From Mobula hypostoma (Eukaryota): a stretch of DNA of 64,000 nt. This document shows, piece after piece, positions 37,047 to 50,235 of the stretch; within the stretch, counting starts at the first letter, position 1, and every line of letters starts with the position of its first letter. The notes beneath the pieces were generated by a model. That model had not been told where the DNA came from and did no database searches. It saw only the letters and a program-made list of their open reading frames with translations. Both the position numbers and the translations under genes were made by a program. Location: assembly GCF_963921235.1 (NCBI RefSeq), contig NC_086097.1, forward strand, positions 94,056,001 through 94,120,000, written 5' to 3'.

Positions 37047-37925
37047 AGGTTGAATGCCCCTAATCTGAAAACCTTCAAAATCCAACATTTTTTGAGCACT
37101 GACATGATGTCACAAATGGACAAAATTCCACAAGGTGCTGGGAAGTTTCCCAGGTGATGAGCAGGTCTCTGCTCACCACACCCAGCTCTGAGAAGTGACC
37201 TCACATATGTAGTAAACAGAAGTTAATGAAAAATAGAAAAACACTGCATAAAGTGAAAAAATAATTGTGTATCAAAAGGTGGATTTGTCAGCATCTGAGT
37301 GAACATATGTTAATCATGAAACAAGCAAAGATCTATCACGATAAACTGAAAATTGGATCTAACTGTGAATAATCAGCAGGCTGCTTGCAAAAATTTAAGA
37401 AAAAGACACTGCATTAAATTTTTAAATATTTGTGGTGATAAATCATCTGCTGATCACGAAGCAGCAGAGAAATTCATTGAGTTTGCCAAGATTGTTGCTG
37501 ATGAAAATCCAACACCAGAACAAGTCTACAATCTGATTGTTTTTATACCTTATGTAAAACATTAAAAAAGTAAAGTACCAATACAGTGTACTGTAACCTG
37601 TTAATCAAAACACAGCATTGTAGGCAGAGATTGAAAGCCTGCTGTTGTTCGTTGTTGTTCGACAGCTGATTCAGGTATTCTCTCCTGATGCTGCTGTGCT
37701 GGTTTTGTTACTCTGCACACAGTATAGTTTCATTGTATTAATGGTATGGTATCATTTTTACTGTTAAGTACATGTGTGATTGATAAGTGTAAGGCAAAAC
37801 CTGCTTACCAGTAGCACATAAATTCAGAGTTGGAAATGATGGCGATCCTAAGCTACTTCATTATATATTCCAAAATCTGAAACTCCTCCAGCCCCAAGCA
37901 TTTGGGATGAGAAGTATTCAACCTG
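37047..37925 (+). mobile_element. Tigger/pogo DNA transposon deletion derivative (Tigger4/Zombi-like)
   Basis: Imperfect TIRs (G)AGGTTGAATGCCCCTAATCTGAAA and TTTGGGATGAGAAGTATTCAACCTG. Peptide KRHCIKFLNICGDKSSADHEAAEKFIEFAKIVADENPTPEQVYN is CENP-B/Tigger-like and ends just before the DET motif. Confidence 0.85.
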
Positions 37926-38702
37926 TTCTACGTAGGGTGCAGTTAATTATGTTTGGTAGTTAAGTTTAACCACTCAGCATCTCTCTCTCCTGTTTGTTTG
38001 AAAGATGGGAAATGTTTTTATACATCAGTTACCCTTCTGATTACTTCGACCTCATGTTGTCTTGTAAGTGCTTATCAATCAGAAAGCATCACTAAAATGA
38101 GTTCTCTGGCTGCTGCCACATAGCTGTTGTAGGAGCTTGCTAGGGCTGACATTTTTCCAACATGACAGTCATGTTCAGAACTACACCATAGATTGTAAAG
38201 TGCTCTATGGTCCTCAAGTTCCTGAAAAGTATTACTGTCATTCCTCAACTTAAGAAAGGGATGTTTTCCTGGAAAGCATTTCAGGATGTATATTGTATAC
38301 ATTTCCTTGACATTAAATGTACACTTCAGATCTAATCTAAAATTTGTATATCACAATCCATGACAGATGTATTGCAGATTTAATACATCTATCATGCATA
38401 TTTTAATATAGTAATTCTTAAGGATGCAGATTGGTATTCCATTTATTATAGTGAGAAACAGATTCGTAAATTGAAGGTATGTTACCCCAAAGAGTCAGTG
38501 GCATTATCACACAACTTCATAAATTAAACTTATGTAATAGAGTAATTAATACAGGTGTCTTTTTGTTGCATTGTTTGGACTTGGAAAGACATTAAAAGCT
38601 TGGTTGGGACAATTGTAGGGCGTTGACTAAGACAACAGTTAAAATCCTGAATTTTAAACACTGGGAACTCAGGATCTCATTTATATCTGCTTTCTTTTAC
38701 AG

Positions 38703-38775
38703 GATTGTGCAGGTGTAATTCTTTACGCTGCAGAGTCAGCAACCAAAGTGGCCTTGGATGGAATCCAGTGTTTGG
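38703..38775 (+). CDS. IVD: IVD coding exon (exon 11 equivalent)
   Basis: [24 protein letters not shown](G); ttttacag acceptor, GTATGT donor; 73 nt. Confidence 0.97.
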
Positions 38776-39278
38776 GTATGTGTTCCCTAAACAATAGCTC
38801 TCTGGGGGAGAAAGCAAAGGCTAAATGATTAGGAAGCCAACATCAATGGAAAGATGGGAAACAATAATTGGAAACCAGAAAGCATTTGGCGTGCGGTCCT
38901 TCAGAAATCAGGAACTGAGTATAGGAGCTGGAATGTTAATTTTCTATTAAATACTACTCATGCTTCTAAGTTGCAAATCAAGTTTACTCAATCTCTTCTC
39001 ACCCATTAGGGAATTAGGTGGAATTTTCTTGGCCACTTTTACAGCTACACATTTCTATTTTTCATTTTTAGTTCAAATTGAATTCACATTCCAAAGGATT
39101 TCAGTTCTCTTGTTTATTGATAATGAATTCTGAAATGTTATGAATGGTCCTTTCTTCCAATGTTAGTTTTTAGTTCTGCACTTTTGGACATTATGGTACT
39201 ATTAGAATCTATTCAGTGTAGTCTTTGCTAGTTGGGTCTAATCTGTTCATCCTTTTTTTGTTGTGTTTGGACTTGCAG

Positions 39279-39412
39279 GTGGCAATGGTTACATCAATGA
39301 CTATCCCATGGGCCGTTTTCTGCGGGATGCTAAGTTGTATGAAATAGGAGCTGGAACCAGTGAAGTCAGGAGGCTCATCATCGGCAGAGCATTCAATGCT
39401 ATTTACAAATAA
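39279..39412 (+). CDS. IVD: IVD terminal coding exon (exon 12 equivalent), stop TAA at 39410-39412
   Basis: (G)[43 protein letters not shown]. Ala in EIGAGT, where MCAD/SCAD have the catalytic Glu, fits IVD. ttgcag acceptor. Confidence 0.97.
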
Positions 39413-39615
39413 CCCATTTTCCCGGCATCCCACCAAGATGAAACCTGGCCATAGGCCTCCTCCTCCCACAAATTAGTACTTTATTCTGGCAATATCTCAT
39501 ATCAACTTTTTAAGGCATATATGCATTATATTTTGAAGTGCCTTGGTTTCTGTTGAGACATTCTTCAATCCTAGGGAAATATCAGCTGCAAAGCAAAATC
39601 ATGAATGTTGACTTT

Positions 39616-39621
39616 AATAAA
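39616..39621 (+). promoter_or_regulatory. Candidate IVD polyadenylation signal
   Basis: First AATAAA ~200 nt after the stop. Further AATAAA at 40863 and 41348 could be alternatives. Confidence 0.5.
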
Positions 39622-40175
39622 ATGTGAAATATTCTACTGAAGTATCAGGAAGGAAAGGTACTGCAGTTAGCACAGCAGAAAAAGATGTGCTGTACAATAC
39701 TAACTTGGCATTACTATTCAGGTCTGTTGGTTTAATCTACTAGGTGGTGCATTATTGTTAATGTGGAGAAAAATGGCATATTAACATATCCCCGTAGTGC
39801 TACGTGTTAAATAGGAGAGCTGGCTGCATTATTTGTTGCTGTGTACGTACTCTGTACTTGTTCAGAGGTGGATCAGATTATATATGTAAATATTCAATTG
39901 CTGTTGTTGGGAAAGCTATAATACAAATCATTGGCAGGTTAACTTTCTTAAATAGTAATTAAGATGCAGACTGTCCTAGTCAGCAACCTCTCGATGAAAA
40001 CTATAAATTCTAATGGAGCTCTCATAGCGTTACACAGAGCCGGAAGATGCACTCACTCAGGTTGTACTGATGCAGCAGTTTGCATGATTTCACTGTTACA
40101 AGGAATGTGTATTTTAAAGATACAGCATCCCAATGCCTCTTGGGTTTAATTGCTTTTCAGTGAGACTATCTAGAG

Positions 40176-40255
40176 TAGGGGTTCCCAAACTTTTTTATGC
40201 CAAGGACCCTGACCATTAGCTGAGGGGTCCGTGGACTCTTGGTTAGGAATCCCTG
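40176..40255. mobile_element. hAT/Charlie-like MITE
   Basis: TAGGGGTTCCCAAAC...GGTTAGGAATCCCTG, preceded by TCTAGAG; same family as 20723. Confidence 0.72.
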
Positions 40256-43200
40256 AGGAACGGTAATGGTAAGTTTTCTATTGCTGAAAAGATCCGTTCT
40301 TTACATTTTGTATTATACAAGTCATGTCCCATGTAACAAGCTGTAAAACCTGTTTTTTCACTTTCAAAATGTCGGTGCCACTTAAACAGTGACTTCCGGG
40401 GGTTTGTATATGTGATGTATAGTGCAATAAGATGAATTTGAAATATCACTTTATTAAGTCGAACATGATGTCATTGAACAAGAATCCTTTTCTCGTACTA
40501 CTGAACTGGTTAACAGTGATTACAAATACAGGTAATCGTCCTCAGCTGTCATATGTTGTTCAAATCTTGCTACTACACTGACATGTTCATACTGGGGAAT
40601 TCATTCTTGGTGAGACAACATGCTCATGTGTACAAAGGATTTGGTGCCGAGTTGCCTACTCTGTTTGGACATATTCCTGCATATTTCATCAGATAAGCTC
40701 CTCTCTTTCCTGTTACTGATTTCCCAAGACTTTCAATATTACTGTAGTGTTTTTCCCCCATCAGTTGGGAAATGAGGAAACTCATTGTCCAGTGATTGGA
40801 TGTTTCTTGACACTTGGGTAAAGAACTTTTTGTTGCTAGATCCAAGATTGTATTCATTAATGAATAAATTGTTAACTGAAGGTGTTGCAAGCACTTTGAG
40901 CTATTCTTGTGACTTTTCTCTGTTTGTTTACCTGAAAATGAATCTTCATTACCAAAGGCTCAAACCAGGAGAATTTTGAATATTCATATTGTAAATTTGA
41001 TCAAATTATTGAAATCAATTACAAAAGGCAAATTGTGAAAATGGTCTGCCAGTTAAATCTTTGTATAATTTTGGCATTCTAGGCTCTCAGTTTGACGTTG
41101 AAAGATCTGCAGTTCTAAATCACAGCTGCTATGGGGTTACAGAAGCTTCTTACAGACTCTTGCTGAAAGTTGTTCCAACTAATAATAGCTAAATAAAACA
41201 GAGGGTTGGAGATGGTAGCTGACAAAGTGTTCATTTGGGTTGGAAAAGTACTGTACACATATTGTGTAGTAAATTTGCCTCAATGGACAATTTACCTTAA
41301 TCGATACATTTAAACAAGAGCTTGTATATCTACTACACAGTAAACCTAATAAAACGCCCAAACTTCTTTATTGGCATTTTTTAATGACTCCAAACTATAT
41401 AAGAGAATATTGGACCAGATTTTCTAATATGCTTAACTGCTACTATTGTCTTGGTTTTTGAGCAGGAAGTTGGATGCCATAGTCAAGACACTCTTCCATC
41501 TGTCCCTTCCATGATTCACAATGGTCCCTCACTGCACCACCATCACCCTATGGAGCTGGGGATCTCTCAGCCCTTTCAAGCACGCAATGTTAAGATTTCT
41601 TAGCCTACTTGATTGTCTGGAATGCCTGTGCTTGACTGAGACCTTTGGAACAAATAAGAAGTGATTAATTCATGTGCATCCTCAACAAGACATTATTCAA
41701 CTTAGTACTGAAATTTAAGTGAATCCTGAAGAAAAGTTAACCAATAATCATTTAAGCAGGCAGAATATTTTTAGACAAGATAAACAGAAGCTGGGCCTAA
41801 ACATTTATTTAATTTCATTTTCCTCTAGGCAATAGATATGAAAGTCCCATTCCTCGAACCAGAGCTGCTGAAAACTGTCACCAGCTTTGGTCAGAGGTCA
41901 GATTTTATAAGCATCTTAAAAAAGGAAAGAGAGATAGAGGAGTACAGGGAAAGAAACATTAGCTTTTCATTCTTCAGCAACAAGTGACAACCTGAATACA
42001 AAGTTACTGTTTAAATTACTGCTAGGTTTCTGGACCTGAACCATTTCAATTATATAGGACTTTTTGAGTTCTAGATACACCAATGCAGCCTGCGATAGAT
42101 GAGTTGAGGCTTTGGTTATGATTCCACAGTTCATTCAGTGTGTTCAAATAAAACCTACAGGTGATGCACTTTCCTCTATGGCTGGTGAACTGTGTTTGAG
42201 AGGAGCAACTCTGACATTTACCTGTTTTCTATTACAAATGGTGTTTTCTGTATGAATGGATCAGGATAGACAATGGGTTTATTTAACAGCTATCCAACAA
42301 AATAGATATTGGGGTGGGTTCCCTTCATCCATGCACTGGAACACTGAATTATGTAGGTGCTCTCGACTCCATTTCTATTCCTGAATGGGTCAGTACTGCT
42401 GGGGAGAGTAAGTATGTGCTCTCTAAAAAAGGATACAAAATGCTTAGAAGCCAGGCCCATTTGGGATGGAGGTTATAAGAGATAACATGAAGGAGTGTTT
42501 TGTGAAAGTTGAACAAATGATCAGAAATGACCAAACTGTAGAAGTTGATTTTTTTTTAGCAAAGCTTGGAGGGGAATCCACTCGATACCCTCTGGACTTG
42601 AAGAAAGACCAGTACATGACTTTCACACCAGGTTATATCTCAAGACAGTGATTCTGGGCATTTGGGATGTAAATTTGAAGATGATGCCAATATCTTTGCA
42701 TTGAAGTAGAGATTTGAAAATACTTGGAAGAATTTTAGAAGTGTGAGGTTAGTGGACTACAAACAGGCAAATGGCTTTTAATTTCAGTAGATATATTGTT
42801 CATATTAGGGTCAACACAGTACATACCATTTACAAGGAGAACAAAGCAGTAGTGAGGAAAAAAAAGGTTATTGTGTTCCAGTCATAATGTTGAGGAGTAA
42901 TTAGAAGAATCCATTGCTGAAGGCAGCAAGATATTGGTTTGTTTTCACAGCACCATCCTGTGTGATTTGTATATAAGGACATGGTGTTTACCATATAAAA
43001 TGCTGATCATTTGAACTTGTACGCAATTTAATTTTTGACCCCCATTTAGGGAAATAGGGTAACCATGGAGAAGATGGTGAGAAAGATTCCTATTTAAAAG
43101 AACCTCAGTTAGTCTTAAGGGGTACAGGACCTTGCTGTTTAGTGTGCCAAGCAGCCTTGGCCATCTCTGAAACCAAATTTGAAGGTTGAGTTAAAGTCAC

Positions 43201-43419
43201 AGTCAGCAGGAATGCAGGGTTGAGACACAAAATGTCCAGAAATCCTTCCTCCCCCCTCCCCCCCCCATACAACCGTAGTTGCTGCTCAATCTACTGAGCT
43301 CCTTCAGCAGATTGTTTGTTGCTACTAATTCATGGTCTACTGGGCAGCTGTGATCACTCCCCTTCTGAGGCATGGACTACTTGCAACAAGTGTCTCAGAA
43401 TACTGGCAAATTAATGTCA

Positions 43420-45460
43420 ATGGTTTCTCTAAAAAAGAGTTGTGAAAATCCTGTGTGGCTAAGGAGATGGTGCAGGAGGGAGGTTTTCAGAATTCAGATC
43501 ATTATGCCCTTTTCCAGGGATGGTGGGACCTGTACAAATGGGATGATTTGTAGCTGAAATGCAGGGGAACCAGTATCCTTGTGGGGTGATTTGCTGGTGT
43601 TGCTCTGGGGAGAGGTGGGCTGGGAACTAGAGTGGCGGGGCAGCAAGTGGAGAAAATAGATATTAAGCCTACACGCAAAGACGGAAACCGAAAGGCTGAG
43701 GATACTGGGGCTGATGTTCTGAGTTGCGTATATTTCAATTAAGGATTATTGTAGGTAAAGCAGGTGACCTTTAAAGCGTGGCTAAGCACATAGAATTATG
43801 ATGCTGTAGCCATTAGTGAGAGGGCTGCAGGAGGGGTAAGACTGGCAGCTCAGTGTGCTGGTGTTCTGTTGTTTCAGACCTGACAGAGGGGTAAGGGTGA
43901 GGGGTAGCATTGCTCATCAGGGAATTGGCACAGCAGTGCTCAGGGAATACTGCTGGGCCCATCTTCTGAGACAGTATGGCTGGAATAGAGGAATAAGAGA
44001 GATGACTATATTAATGGGTGTATATTATAAACCTCTCAATAGTCAGCAGGATTTAAAGGAGCAACATTAACAGTTGGAAGAAAAATAAGTGTAGGGGAAC
44101 ACTTTGGAGCTAGTGATCAGAATTCTAATGGTTTCAAGATAATTATGGAGAAGGATAGGTCTGGTGCCTGGATTGAGATTCTAAATTGGAGAATGGCCAA
44201 CTTTGATGGCATCAGAAGAGAACTGGCACATGTGGATTGGTATAAGTTGTTTTCAGGCAAAGGGGTATTTGTTAAGTGGAAGGCCTTCAAAAGTGAGTAA
44301 AGAATTGTATGTTCCTGTTTGAATTAAAAGCAAGGCTAACAGATTTAGGATTCTTGGTTTTTGAGGGGCATTGAGGCTCTTGTTAAGAAGGAGGAAGCTC
44401 ATATTTGGTATAGGCAGTTGTAAGGTGTTGAGGATTATTTAAAAAATGCAAAAGAACAGCTGAGAGAAAAGAGGAGGGCTCTAAGAGGACAAAAAGTGGC
44501 TCTGGCAGACAAAGTGAAAGAGAATCCCAAGGGCTTTTACAGATATATTAAGAACAGCATAGCAGTTGGTTCTCTTGAAGATCAGTGTGGTCATCTATGC
44601 ATGAAGTCAAAAGAGATGGGGGAAATATTAAATGTTTTTTTGCATCTGTATTTGCTTGGGAGACAGACGTAATCTGTAGAACTGAGGGAAGAGTAGTGTG
44701 ATCATGGACCATAGCTAGATTATAAAACGAGGTGTTTGTTGTCTTGAAGCAAATTAGGGTGGATAAATCCTCAAGACCTGATAAGGTCTCCCCTTAGACC
44801 TTGAGGGAGGCTACTGCAAAAATTACAGAAATATTTGGAACATCGTTAGCCGTGGGTGAAGTGCTAGAGGACTTGAGGATAGCAAATTTTCTTCTGTTGT
44901 TCGAGAAAGGCTCTGAATAAGCCAGTAAATTACAGGCTAGTGAGCCTGATATCAGTTGTGGTAAATTATTGGAAGGTAATATATGGGACAGGATATAATG
45001 TATAATAATTTGGATAGAAAGGGCCTGAACCAGTCTCAGAGAGTTTTATTAGGAGGTTACAAGGAAAATAAATGTTGTCTACTTGGATTTTAGCAAAGCC
45101 CACATGGGGGGCTGTTTCATTTGGTTAAGTTACTTGACAGTCAGGGTGAAGTAGTAACAAATTGAATTCAGCAATGGCTGAACAGGAAAAGAGAGAGTGG
45201 TAGTAAATGATGCCTGTCTCTAATTCACGGCCTGCTTTTAGTGGTGTGCCACAGGGATTCGTGCTGGGTTCCAATGTTCCCTATCATCCACATTAATGAT
45301 TTAGGTGATGTGGTAAAATGGATTGGGAAATTTGCCGATGACACCAGGACAGTGAGGAAGGTTATTAAAGCTTGCAGTGGGCTCTGGACCAGCTGAACAA
45401 ATGGACTGAAAAATGGCAAGTGGAATTTTAGTGCAGACAAGTGTGAGGTGTTGTCTTTGA
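43420..45460 (+). mobile_element. Heavily decayed CR1 LINE (ORF1 end plus ORF2)
   Basis: NYDAVAISE, GVYYKP, VKENPKGFYRYIK, NYRLVSL.SV, SGVPQGFVLG, KFADDT remnants. Confidence 0.8.
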
Positions 45461-45464
45461 TCCT

Positions 45465-46427
45465 CAGAATCAGATTTAGTATCACTGGCATTTGTTGCGA
45501 AATGTGCTAACTTTGCAGCAGCAGTACAATGCAATACCTAATAAAATAGAAAAAAACCACCATGAATTACAGTAAGTAGATACATGTATGCATATGTTTA
45601 TGTACAGTATATCAAATAGTTAAATAAGTAGTGCAAAAACAGAAATAAAAAAAGTGAGGTAGTGTTCATGGTTTCATGTCCATTAACAAATCAGATGGCA
45701 GAATGAAAGAGTCTCTTTCACTAAGTGTGTGTGCCTTCAGGCTTCTATACCTCCATCCTGATGGTTACAGTGAGAAGTGGGTATGTCCTGGATTGGTGGT
45801 GGTGGTGGGGGGGGTTTCTTTAATGATAGATGCCGCCTTTCTGAGGCAGCACTCCTTGAAGATGTCTGGGATATTATGGAGACTAGTACCCATGATGGAG
45901 CGGACTCTGCAGTTTACTTTGATCCTGCGCAGTAGCCCCCCCCTCCCCCCCCAACGGTAATGCAGTCTGTCAGAATGCTCTCCATTGTACACCTGTAGAG
46001 GTTTTCAAGTGTTTTAGGTGACATTCCAAATCTCCTCAAACTCCTGACAGAATATAGCCACTGTGTTGCCTTCTTTATGTTGGGACCAGGTTAGGTCCTC
46101 AGAGATATTAACACTCAGGAACTTGAAATTGCTCGCTCTCTCTACTTCTGTTCCCTCTATAAGGATTGGGGTGTGTTTCCTCATCTTACCTATCCTGAAG
46201 TCTACAATCAGCTCTTTGGTTTTACCGACATTGAGTGCAAGGTTGGTGCAGCAGCGCTACTCGATTAGCTGGTATATCTTTCTCCTGTACGCCCTCCCGT
46301 CACCATTTGAGATTCTGCCAACAATGGTTGTATCATCAGCAAATTTACAGATAGCTTTTGATCTATGCCTGGGCCACATAGTCATGGGTGTAGAGAGAGT
46401 AGAGCTGTGGGCTAAGCACATACCTCT
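45465..46427 (-). mobile_element. Rex1/Babar-type LINE 3' fragment nested in CR1
   Basis: Minus-strand KFADDTTIVG, SVGKTKELIVDFR, IFKECCLRKAASIIK; tail aaatctgattctga. Confidence 0.85.
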
Positions 46428-48789
46428 GAGGGAAGACCTAATTAAAAGTGATTCATATTAGCATTGGGTTGCTGGAAAAGAGCCAGAAGACTCTGTTTAA
46501 TATTTGAAGAAAAAATAAATGAAAATAGGAAATTAGAAGCAACAATAAAAAAAATGCTGGAAACATTCAACAGGTTGGGCAGAATCTGTGGAGCAAGAAT
46601 CTGAGTTAACTTTTTCAGATTAGACCCTTCTCCAGAACAGTTCTAAATGCCTTGCCATAATATACTAGCTGTCATGATCTTTTGTGGTGTTGGGGAGGAG
46701 GAGAGAATGTACATTGGGGAGGTGATGAGGTCAGTGCTAGTCATTTTTGCGTGTTCACTCAAGCATGTCAGTGAAGGATGAGTATTTTTAGGTGAATTGA
46801 AAGAGGTGGCTTATTTACTGATGGATACTGTCTGTTAGAGGTAACAACAAAATACCAATCATCAACAGGCCTCAGCTAACCCTACACATGTCCTAACACT
46901 CAGGAGGTGAGTATAAACCAATGGTAAAAAAAAATGTATTCAAAATGCAGAAGTTTTCTTAGAAGCTCTCAGTTCTATTACTCATTTCTGATCAACTAAG
47001 AGATCAAAGCTCTGAACGATTTAGAGTATGTTATGCCTCTGGAAATATAGCTGCCTAATAGAAATACATATGTGAGGCATTAGAAGTCATTGCCAACCCC
47101 TAGGATTGCAGGAGGAATGAGAATCTTCCTGACCACTCCTCCAATTGTGCCAGATTCCCTGAATGTATATTAATCGCAATGCTGAAAAACACATTGTTCA
47201 GAAGAAGAGTTTCAGCCCAAAACATTGACTGTTTACTGTCTTTCACAGATGCTGCCTGGCCTGCTGAGCTCCTACAGCATTTTATGTGTATTACTTTGAT
47301 TTTCAGCATCTGCATTTTTTTTCTTGTTTGTGCATCCTACTTGCCATCTTGACAATTCTTTGTGCCTGGCAAAGAATTCAGTCACTCTTTCAGCAGAGAA
47401 GACATCCCAAGAAGTGGAATATTTCAGTGAAGCTCTTCAGTAGCATTCCTGTCTCTGAGTCAGATTGTGGGTTAAAATCCTACTGTAATACAGGTTGATC
47501 ATGTAGTCGAGATTGGCATTTTAGTACCACAGTGAGGGAGTGTTCCACTGCTGGAGGTGGTGTCTTTTGCATGAGACATCAAATCAAAACACTATCTGCT
47601 TTACCAGGCATGCATAACACATCTTGCACCATGATTCAAACAGAGATGTTCTCCACAATCAGTACTTTACCTTTGGTCAATGTCAGCAGATCTTATAATC
47701 TGATAAAGTACATCATTGCTTTTTTTAAACGTAGGAACTTGCTGTGTACAAACTGCAGCATTCTCTACTGTTTAGGTACAATTCCCTCGGCATTTTAAAG
47801 CGGAGCTATTGTATGTAGGAGTAACAGAAGCAAATTTAATAATTACTTTTAAAATAATTAGGTAAATAAGTAATGGAGAATTTTTTTTGTAGGACTCTGG
47901 AGTGGCAGAAAAAGGGGAAAACAGATAGCTCTTACAAAGGTCTAGTTCATGACAATGGGTGGAATGGTCTCTAGTTCCACTGTTACACACAGATGACACT
48001 TCATAACATCTAAATGGTTTTAAAGGGCTGGACTGTCCATGGACGTAAATAAAATACATTTTCTCATTTTTCATAATAAATAAAGCACATAAGAATCTGA
48101 TTTTGATATTCCAAGTGTAGACGGTGACTCAAACTGGTAAATGATTGCCTGACCTTGTGGGAAAACTTCCCAGAAGAAGAATGCCCCCTGTAATCCTTGA
48201 TATCATAATTGTAGGTCAAGAATTGAAACTTCTCCTGGCACCCAATAGATATAAATCAGCTTGCATCCTGAGGAATCAAACAGCCATGAAGGGGCAATCA
48301 TGAATCATATAAATGGATCCCAAAGAGAATGGATTCAGTAGATATCAACTACAATCCCAAATGTCTCCAGAATAGATTATTTCCTGTATGAGTTGCTATT
48401 AAGATCATGTTTAGGGTTGAAATTCAAAGTAATAAGGCTAAAAGGTGAAATATTTAAGCGGGACCTGAGGGGCAAATTTTACACTCAGAGGATGGTGAGA
48501 GTGTGGAACAAGCTTCCAGCAGATGCAGTGGATGTGCTTCAATTGCAACATATACGAGATGTTGCAAGAGGTATGGAGGGCTATGGTTCAGTGTGAGTAG
48601 ATGGGACTAGACAATAACAGTTCAGATGGGCTGAATGGCCCATTTTCTGCAGTAGTGCCCTATAACTCTATGTTCCATTTATGCCAAGTCAGGTCATGGG
48701 TTGCAATTGACTTCAGCAATCTTCCATCCCACTGCTATTTAATGATAACCTGGATTTCTAGCGCTTAGGGATTCCAATCACAGACCTAA

Positions 48790-50235
48790 CATCAAAATCA
48801 GGTTTATTATCACTGGCATGTGTCGCAAAATTTGTTAACTTAGCAGCAGTTTAATGCAATACATAATATAGAAAGAAAAAAGTAAATAAATCCATTACAG
48901 TAAGTATATATGTATATTGAATAGATTAAAAATAGTGCAAAACAGAAATATATTGAAAGAGTGGGGTAGTGTTCATGGGTTCAATGTGCATTTAGGAATC
49001 GGATGGCAGAGGGGAAGAAGCTGTTCCTGAATTACTGAGTGTGTGCCTTCAGGCTTCTGTACCTCCTTCCTGATGGTAACAATGAGATGAGTGCATTCCC
49101 TGGATGATGGTGGTCCTTAATAAGGGGTGTTGCCTTCCTGAGACACCGCTCCTTGAAGATGTCTTGGATACTATGGAGGCTAGTACCCAAGATGGAGCTG
49201 ACTAACTTTACAACTTTCTGTAGCTTTTGATCCTATGCAGTAGCCCTCCACTACCTACCCCCCAAAGCTTTTGATCCTGTGCAGTAGCCCTCCACTACCT
49301 CCCCCCCCAAACTAGACAGTGATGCAACCTGTCAGAATGCTCTCCGCAGTATATCGCAGTTTTCAAGTGTTTTAATTGACAAACCCAATCTCTTCCAACT
49401 CCTGATGAAATATAACCACTGTCTTGCCTTATTTATAGCTGCATTGATATTTTGGGACCAGATTGGATCCTCAGAGATCTTGGCACCCAGGAACTTGCAA
49501 TTGCTTACTCCCTCCACTTCCGATCCCTCTATGTGGATTGGTTAGTGTTTCCTTGTCTTATCCTTGCTGAGGTCCACAATCAGCTCTTTTGTTTTACTGA
49601 CGCTGAGCGCAAGGTTGTTGCTGTGACACATCTCCACTAGTTGGCATATCTCTCTCCTGTACACACTCTCGTCACCATCTGAGATTCTACCAACAATGGT
49701 TGTATTGTCATCAAGTTTATAGATGGTATTTGAGCTGTGCCTAGCCACACAGTCATGGGTATAGAGACAGAAGAGTAGTGGACTAAGCACACACCCCTAG
49801 GTGCACCAGTGTTGATTGTCAGTGAGGAGTAGATGTCACTAACAATCTGTGCTGATTGTGGTCTTCTGGTTAGAAGTCAAGGATCCAATTACAGAGGGAG
49901 GTAGAGAGGCCCAGGTTCTGTAGTTTATCGATCAAGACTGTGGGAATGATGATGTTAAACGCTGAGCTATAGTCAATGAACAGCATCCTGACAAAGGTGT
50001 TTGTATTGTCCAGGTGATCTAAGGCCGTGTGAAGAGTGATTGAGATTGCATCTGCCATAGACCCATTGTGGCAATAGGCAAATTGCAATGGGTCCAACTC
50101 CTTGCTGTGGCAACTGATTCTGGCCATGACTAACATCTCAAAGCACTTCGTCACTGTAGAAGTGAGTGCTACTGGGCGATAGTTTTTAAGGCAGCTGACA
50201 CTACTTTTCTCAGGCACTGGTATAATTGTTGCCTC
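48790..50235 (-). mobile_element. Rex1/Babar-type LINE 3' fragment
   Basis: [56 protein letters not shown]. Confidence 0.88.

Noticed and set aside
42660..43130. Unknown coding remnant
   Set aside because: It reads as a very old CR1 RT fragment (KFEDDANI, QMAFN), not a new gene.
46838..46912. Plus-strand exon-like segment with a strong GAG|GTGAGT donor
   Set aside because: All three frames contain stops and no partner exons were found.
48154..48267. Selenoprotein exon (in-frame TGA)
   Set aside because: No recognisable selenoprotein motif, partner exons or SECIS element was seen.
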